This document shows positions 58,964 through 64,000 of a stretch of DNA of 64,000 nt, one piece after another. Positions within the stretch are counted from its first letter, which is position 1. Every line of letters starts with the position of its first letter. Below the pieces are notes generated by a model. It saw only the letters and a list, made by a program, of their open reading frames with translations. It was not told the DNA's origin and did not search any database. Source of the DNA: Petrotoga sp. 9PW.55.5.1. GTDB taxonomy: Bacteria; Thermotogota; Thermotogae; Petrotogales; Petrotogaceae. The stretch is from assembly GCF_003265365.1 (NCBI RefSeq), contig NZ_AUPM01000018.1:15053-79052 (forward strand), in the 5' to 3' direction. Both the position numbers and the translations under genes were made by a program.

Positions 58964-60095
58964 TTCTTAATTCCTCCTTCCTACTTATAATAGATATTTC
59001 ATTATCTTCTACATCGAATCCTATATCGTTTCTTGAAACATCATTGAGTATAATAAAATCCAAATTTTTTTCTTTTAATTTCTTTTTTGCGTTTTCTTTA
59101 AGATTTTCTGTTTCCGCTGCAAATCCAATTAATATTTGATCTTCATTTTTCTTTTCTCCCAGTTCTTTTAAAATATCAGGATTTTTCTCTAATTCTAAGT
59201 TAATTATACTATCTTTTTTTAATTTTTGATTTGAGTAATTTTTAATTCTAAAATCACTGACCGCAGAACTCATTATTATAATATCGTTTTTCTGAAATTC
59301 TTTTAGTACTTTTTCTCTCATCTCTTGTGTGTTTTCAACCCTATATATTTTTTTTACAATACTTGGTGTAGCCAAATTAGTAGGACCTGATATCAAAGTA
59401 ACTTCTGCTCCCCTATAAGAAAATTCTTTAGCTAATTCATACCCCATTTTTCCACTTGATCTGTTGGATATAAATCTTACCGCATCAATCTTTTCAACTG
59501 TAGGTCCTGCTGTTATCAATACTTTTTTATTCAAAAAATCTTTTTTTGTAAGTAAGTATTCACTATGTACTAAGATTTTTATATTATCAGGATATCTACC
59601 TTTTCCTACTTCTCCATCAGCTAATTCTCCTTCTTCGGGCTCTATGATATGCCATCCTTGTTCATTCAACATCTTTAAATTTGAAAGATTTGTAGGGTTT
59701 TCATACATTCTAACATTCATAGTAGGAACTATTAATTTTGCCTTTTTTGAATAAGCTAAAGCGGTTGAAGAAACTAAATCATCAGCTATTCCATGTGAAA
59801 TTTTTGCTATTATATTTGCTGTGGCTGGAGCAATTATTAAGAGATCTGCCCATCTTGAAAGTTCTGTGTGAGGAATCCATCCACCTTTTACATCAAAAAT
59901 TTCATAATAAACTTCACAATTTCCAACCGCAGAAAATACCTGATCGGATATCCAACTTTGAGCGTTTTTAGTCATAATAACCTTAGGATTAGCTCCGATC
60001 TTTCTTAATCTTGAAAGCAGATCGATCGCTTTATATATTGCTATACCGCTTGAAACACTTAATAATATATTTTTATTTTTTAAATAGGGATACAT
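58896..60095 (-). CDS. coaBC: bifunctional phosphopantothenoylcysteine decarboxylase / phosphopantothenate-cysteine ligase
   Basis: Flavoprotein N-domain and DFP C-domain. 399 aa. Confidence 0.85.
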   Translation of the reverse strand: MYPYLKNKNILLSVSSGIAIYKAIDLLSRLRKIGANPKVIMTKNAQSWISDQVFSAVGNCEVYYEIFDVKGGWIPHTELSRWADLLIIAPATANIIAKISHGIADDLVSSTALAYSKKAKLIVPTMNVRMYENPTNLSNLKMLNEQGWHIIEPEEGELADGEVGKGRYPDNIKILVHSEYLLTKKDFLNKKVLITAGPTVEKIDAVRFISNRSSGKMGYELAKEFSYRGAEVTLISGPTNLATPSIVKKIYRVENTQEMREKVLKEFQKNDIIIMSSAVSDFRIKNYSNQKLKKDSIINLELEKNPDILKELGEKKNEDQILIGFAAETENLKENAKKKLKEKNLDFIILNDVSRNDIGFDVEDNEISIISRKEELRIDKNNKRIIAGHICDYIFDRFF

Positions 60096-60108
60096 AATTA
60101 ATCCACCT

Positions 60109-61509
60109 TTAAAATGATATTTTTTTTGAATATTCTAAAGCCTTTTTTAGTCTAATAATAACCCTTTCTTTACCCAAAACAAATATTGATTCATACAAGC
60201 CAGGAGTGACCGTTTTTCCTAAAATAGATCCTCTTATAGATTGATATACATTCTTTCTTCCTGTGATATTTAATGAGGATAAGTTTTTTAAAGTTTTTTC
60301 AATGTTTTCAACCGTGAACTCTTCTAATTTAGAAAATTCATCTATTGCATTTTTAAGTAATTTTTCAAACCAAGTTTTTTTCATGAATTTTGCAACAAAA
60401 TCTTCTTGATAATCAAAATTATCTGTAAAGAAATTTTCTGAAAACTCATATAGTTGCTTTAAAGTTTGCACTTTTTCCCGAGAGATTTCAATCACTTGTT
60501 TTATAAACTTTTCATCTTCTTTGGATAATTTATTTTCAATTAAAACAAAATTTATCCATTCAAAAAAAATATTATATATTTCTTCTAAAGAGTCCTTTCT
60601 AAGGTGAACCTCATTAGTCCAAAGAAGCTTATTATAATCAAAAACCGAAGGGTTTTTGGAAACATTTGTTAATTCAAATTCTTGATACTTTTGATTATAA
60701 TCAAATATTTGTTCATTGGCATTCCAACCTAACAAACTCAAATAATTTAATATCGCTTTAGGAAGATATCCTTCTTTTCTAAAATAAGTTATAGAAACTT
60801 CCCCATGTCTTTTAGATAATGGGGCTTTATCTTCTCCTAATATCAGTGGAAGATGAGCAAATTTCGGAACTTCAAAAGATAGTGCATTGTATATTAACAA
60901 CTGTTTTGGAGTATTAGAGATATGATCTTCTCCTCTTATTACATGACTTATTTTCATTAGATAATCATCTATTACTACTGTAAAATTATATATTGGAATA
61001 CCGTTTGATCTCAAAATCACAAAATCTTCTAAATTTTTTGTATCGAATTTTATGTCTCCTCTAATAAGATCCGTAAAAGAAACTTCCTCATTTTTATTAA
61101 CTTTAAATTTAATAACTATAGAAAAATCATTATTATTTTTATATTTACAGGGGAGATTATTATCTTCAAAGATTGTCTCATCATCTTTTAATACTGAATA
61201 ATATGCTTTATTTTCGTTCAACAATTTTTCTATATAATTTTTATAGATATTCAATCTTTCGCTTTGTCTGTATGGACCATACTGTCCAGGTTTATCTACG
61301 CTTTCATCGTAATCTAAGCCTACCCATCTTAATTCTTCTAAAATACTTTCTTCGTATTCTTTTTTTGAACGTTCAAAATCCGTATCTTCTATTCTAATAA
61401 TAAACCTTCCATTGTGTTTTTTGGCAAAATACCAGTTAAATAGTGCGGTCCTTAACCCTCCAACATGTAGATAACCGGTTGGACTTGGGGCAAATCTTAC
61501 TCTGACCAA
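60109..61509 (-). CDS. gltX: glutamate--tRNA ligase
   Basis: HIGH-type APSPTGYLHVGG and KMSKS-type PLSKRHG. Confidence 0.9.
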   Translation of the reverse strand: MVRVRFAPSPTGYLHVGGLRTALFNWYFAKKHNGRFIIRIEDTDFERSKKEYEESILEELRWVGLDYDESVDKPGQYGPYRQSERLNIYKNYIEKLLNENKAYYSVLKDDETIFEDNNLPCKYKNNNDFSIVIKFKVNKNEEVSFTDLIRGDIKFDTKNLEDFVILRSNGIPIYNFTVVIDDYLMKISHVIRGEDHISNTPKQLLIYNALSFEVPKFAHLPLILGEDKAPLSKRHGEVSITYFRKEGYLPKAILNYLSLLGWNANEQIFDYNQKYQEFELTNVSKNPSVFDYNKLLWTNEVHLRKDSLEEIYNIFFEWINFVLIENKLSKEDEKFIKQVIEISREKVQTLKQLYEFSENFFTDNFDYQEDFVAKFMKKTWFEKLLKNAIDEFSKLEEFTVENIEKTLKNLSSLNITGRKNVYQSIRGSILGKTVTPGLYESIFVLGKERVIIRLKKALEYSKKISF

Positions 61510-62048
61510 TTATTTTTCACCTCTTCAAGTGCTATTAACTGTTTTTCCATCTCTTCAACTGAAGATATTTGTTTTACTTCAACCAATTTTCTGTTATCTA
61601 AATATTTTCCTTCAATTAGAACGTTTGTCACTCTATCTGTCCAACCCCCAGAACCTTTCATTAGAAATATAGGCTTTTTATAAGAATACGCCCCAAAAAT
61701 TTCTATAGCAGTACCAATTTCACCACCTATACTTATCACAACATCTACATTTTTCAAAAGAACAAAAGATCGCATATTTAGATCCAACCCTGTTTTTATT
61801 GTGAAATCCAAATATTCATTGCCTTGTTGCTCCCAAGGTAAAACTCCGTAAACTTTACCATTGCTATTTCTTGCAGCCTTAGATACAAGCTGCATCACAC
61901 CATTTCTTCCACCGTTCATCATTATCCAATTGTTTTTTGCTATGCATTTACCCACTTCAAAGCATAAAGAAGTCAGAGATTTTACAGGCTCTTTGTATAT
62001 ATTTCCTGAATAACCTATTACACCAACTATCAAAATATCACCAACCAA
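61497..62048 (-). CDS. LOG/TIGR00725-family Rossmann-fold protein (lysine-decarboxylase-like, possible nucleotide 5'-monophosphate nucleosidase)
   Basis: GGEIGTAIE matches the LOG motif GGxGTxxE. 183 aa. Confidence 0.55.
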   Translation of the reverse strand: MVGDILIVGVIGYSGNIYKEPVKSLTSLCFEVGKCIAKNNWIMMNGGRNGVMQLVSKAARNSNGKVYGVLPWEQQGNEYLDFTIKTGLDLNMRSFVLLKNVDVVISIGGEIGTAIEIFGAYSYKKPIFLMKGSGGWTDRVTNVLIEGKYLDNRKLVEVKQISSVEEMEKQLIALEEVKNNWSE

Positions 62049-62748
62049 GATAATTTTCTTTTACTTTGTGATCTTCCAACACATCGTTTGGAACACCGTG
62101 AGCTATTACTTCACCTTTATGTAAAACATACAATTCATCAACTACTTGAGCTATTTCATCTACGCTATGATCTGTCACAATAATAGATATTCCTGTTTTC
62201 GCAAGTTTTCTTATTATTTCTTGTATGTCTTTGACAGTTATTGGATCTATACCCACAAAAGGTTCGTCTAGAAGAATAACTTTGGGATCTGTTATTAAAG
62301 TTCTAGCAAATTCTAGCTTCCTTTTTTCTCCTCCTGACAAAGAATACGCGTATTGGTGTATTAAGGTGTCTAAACCAAATTCATTTAAAATATTTGTAAT
62401 TTTCTTTTCTGCATTCTGAATTTTCAAAAGATCTGCTATCATTTTAAGATTGTCTATAACCGTTAAATTTTTAAAAACAGAAGGTTCTTGAGGCAGATAA
62501 GCTAACCCTTTTAAAGCACGCCTATGTATGGGCAAATGTGTAATAACTTCTCCATCCAGAAAAACATTCCCTGTATTTGGAACGACTAATCCCAATATTA
62601 TTTTGAAAAGCGTTGTCTTACCAGCTCCATTCGGACCCAATAAACCAGTAATAAAACTTGCTTTTGATTCAAAATCTACAGAATCTAATACTATTTTTTT
62701 ACCATAATTTTTAGAAATTTTTTTACATTCTACAATAATTTTTTCCAT
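62038..62748 (-). CDS. lptB: LPS-export ABC transporter ATP-binding protein LptB-like
   Basis: Walker A GPNGAGKTT and signature LSGGEKRKLEFARTL...LDEPFVGIDP. Confidence 0.7.
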   Translation of the reverse strand: MEKIIVECKKISKNYGKKIVLDSVDFESKASFITGLLGPNGAGKTTLFKIILGLVVPNTGNVFLDGEVITHLPIHRRALKGLAYLPQEPSVFKNLTVIDNLKMIADLLKIQNAEKKITNILNEFGLDTLIHQYAYSLSGGEKRKLEFARTLITDPKVILLDEPFVGIDPITVKDIQEIIRKLAKTGISIIVTDHSVDEIAQVVDELYVLHKGEVIAHGVPNDVLEDHKVKENYLGW

Positions 62749-62751
62749 ATT

Positions 62752-63156
62752 TTAGTTAGTTTTATTTTCTTCATTATTCAAATATTCTATAATATCATTT
62801 GTTATATCCCATTTAGGATTGAAATATATTACACCAATTTCGTTTAAAATTAGATCATACCCATTATCTTTTGCATATTGTGAAATCTTCAAAGCTACTT
62901 CATTTGTTATTTGATTCATTTTCTGTTGGTATTCTATTTGTAAAGCTTGATCATACTGATTAATACGGGCTTGTATTTGTTGGTAATTTTGTTGCAACTC
63001 TTCTGGGGTGGCACCTGACCTCTGAAGATCTAAGAATTGTTGTTCCATTTCACTTATTTTACCTTGATAAAATTGTAAATCCCTTTGATAAAGAGTTTCC
63101 AAATCTTTCCACTTGTAATAATTTTCGACTAGTTTTTTCAAAAGATACATATCCAA
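62752..63156 (-). CDS. Skp/OmpH-like periplasmic chaperone, mature-domain ORF only. The cognate signal peptide is encoded in the same frame upstream but is separated by TAA at 63160-63162.
   Basis: Q-rich coiled coil plus C-terminal AKDNGYDLILNE...DITNDIIEYLN, typical of Skp. See the finding at 62752-63252. Confidence 0.6.
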   Translation of the reverse strand: MDMYLLKKLVENYYKWKDLETLYQRDLQFYQGKISEMEQQFLDLQRSGATPEELQQNYQQIQARINQYDQALQIEYQQKMNQITNEVALKISQYAKDNGYDLILNEIGVIYFNPKWDITNDIIEYLNNEENKTN

Positions 63157-63281
63157 TCTTTATGTTACTAACCTCTTGACTGAAAAAGCTATAACTGAAA
63201 AAGTCATTAAAACAACAACCACAGAAATTAATAATTTCTTGCTTTTAATCACTAATTACACCTCCAAAATAATTTATTATA

Positions 63282-63998
63282 TTAAAGATTTCTTTGTTTT
63301 CTTGCCTCAAACAAAATAATACCCGCGCTTACAGAAACATTCAAAGATTCCACATTATTGGACATCGGAATACTAATAAGTTTGTCGCAATGATTCTTTA
63401 CATTTTTTCTGATGCCGTTACCTTCATTCCCAAAAACAATACAAACATTTCCTAACCAGTCTATATCATAATAACTTTTTCCATTGGTATCAGCTCCATA
63501 AACCCAAATGTTTTTCATTTTTAATTCTTCAATGGTATTAGATATATTAGTTACTTTTATTATTGGGATTTTAAATATCAATCCGGATGAAACTTTTATT
63601 ACAACTGGTGTTACATCTACAGAATTATCTTTTGGAATAATAATTGCATCCACTCCGGCTGCGACTGAAGATCTTATTATAGCTCCGAAATTGTGAGGAT
63701 CTTGTATTTGATCCAAGATAACTAAAAATAAATTTTCTTTGTCCTCTATTACATCTAACGTTTCATACAGGAAATCCTTCCCAATATCTATAACTACTCC
63801 TTGATGTTTATTAGTTGAAGCCATTTTTTCCAACACATCGTTTGATGCAAAACTATAAGTATAATTTAATTTATCAACATTATCCACAAAACTTTTTAAA
63901 GAACCCTTTTCGGTTTTAGAGTTACTAAAAAAAATATGTTTAATGGGATATTTAGCATCTATTATTTCTTTTAATATGTTTTTTCCGTAGACATACAA
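63282..63998 (-). CDS. rlmB: TrmH/SpoU-family 23S rRNA (Gm2251) 2'-O-methyltransferase RlmB-like
   Basis: SPOUT C-terminal motifs (IVFGNEGNGI, SLNVSVSAGIILFE). 238 aa. Confidence 0.75.
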   Translation of the reverse strand: MYVYGKNILKEIIDAKYPIKHIFFSNSKTEKGSLKSFVDNVDKLNYTYSFASNDVLEKMASTNKHQGVVIDIGKDFLYETLDVIEDKENLFLVILDQIQDPHNFGAIIRSSVAAGVDAIIIPKDNSVDVTPVVIKVSSGLIFKIPIIKVTNISNTIEELKMKNIWVYGADTNGKSYYDIDWLGNVCIVFGNEGNGIRKNVKNHCDKLISIPMSNNVESLNVSVSAGIILFEARKQRNL

Positions 63999-64000
63999 CT

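Overview
This is an AT-rich (~30% GC) window with dense, mostly co-directional gene blocks. The proteins are lysine- and glutamate-rich, and the split methylmalonyl-CoA mutase, Mbh-type Mrp module and ribosomal/tRNA features point to a Thermotogota-type chromosome. A Petrotoga-like genome is my inference and is not verifiable here. Most of the window is core metabolism and housekeeping. (1) A five-gene oxidative ornithine (Stickland) operon ord-ortA-ortB-oraS-oraE. (2) A GntR(YtrA-like) regulator, two ABC ATPase/permease pairs and a secreted alpha/beta hydrolase, with a palindromic operator inside a consensus promoter. (3) A U32 peptidase, outer-membrane-like protein, AI-2E transporter and RodZ-like block. 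(4) A methylmalonyl-CoA cluster: split mutase, MeaB, epimerase, carboxyltransferase alpha, OadG-like subunit and BCCP. An IS4/IS5-superfamily IS element sits exactly between the mutase catalytic and B12-domain genes, flanked by a 15-16 bp direct repeat. (5) rpsF-ssb-rpsR, rplI, NfeD/SPFH, a PDO-like protein with trxB, and rpsO-pnp. (6) M16 peptidase, an HD-GYP-like protein, a DtxR-FeoA regulator, PNP and NrnA. (7) A seven-gene Mrp/Mbh-type antiporter membrane module (E-F-G-[MbhD::SBP fusion]-B-C-D) without MrpA or hydrogenase subunits. (8) Six tRNAs (Leu-CAA, Gln-TTG, and Pro-Trp-Arg-His), each locus behind a perfect TTGACA-17-TATAAT promoter. (9) A porGDAB 2-oxoacid:ferredoxin oxidoreductase, a GH57 branching enzyme, an L,D-transpeptidase, coaBC, gltX, lptB, an Skp-like gene and an rlmB-like gene. 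There are no CRISPR arrays, no phage blocks and no obvious defence island. The most unusual items are the MbhD::substrate-binding-domain fusion in the Mrp module, an Skp-like chaperone whose signal peptide is cut off from the mature domain by an in-frame TAA, the precisely delimited IS insertion splitting the mutase operon, and a 45-bp inverted copy of an outer-membrane-protein coding segment in the 3' flank of its own putative operon.
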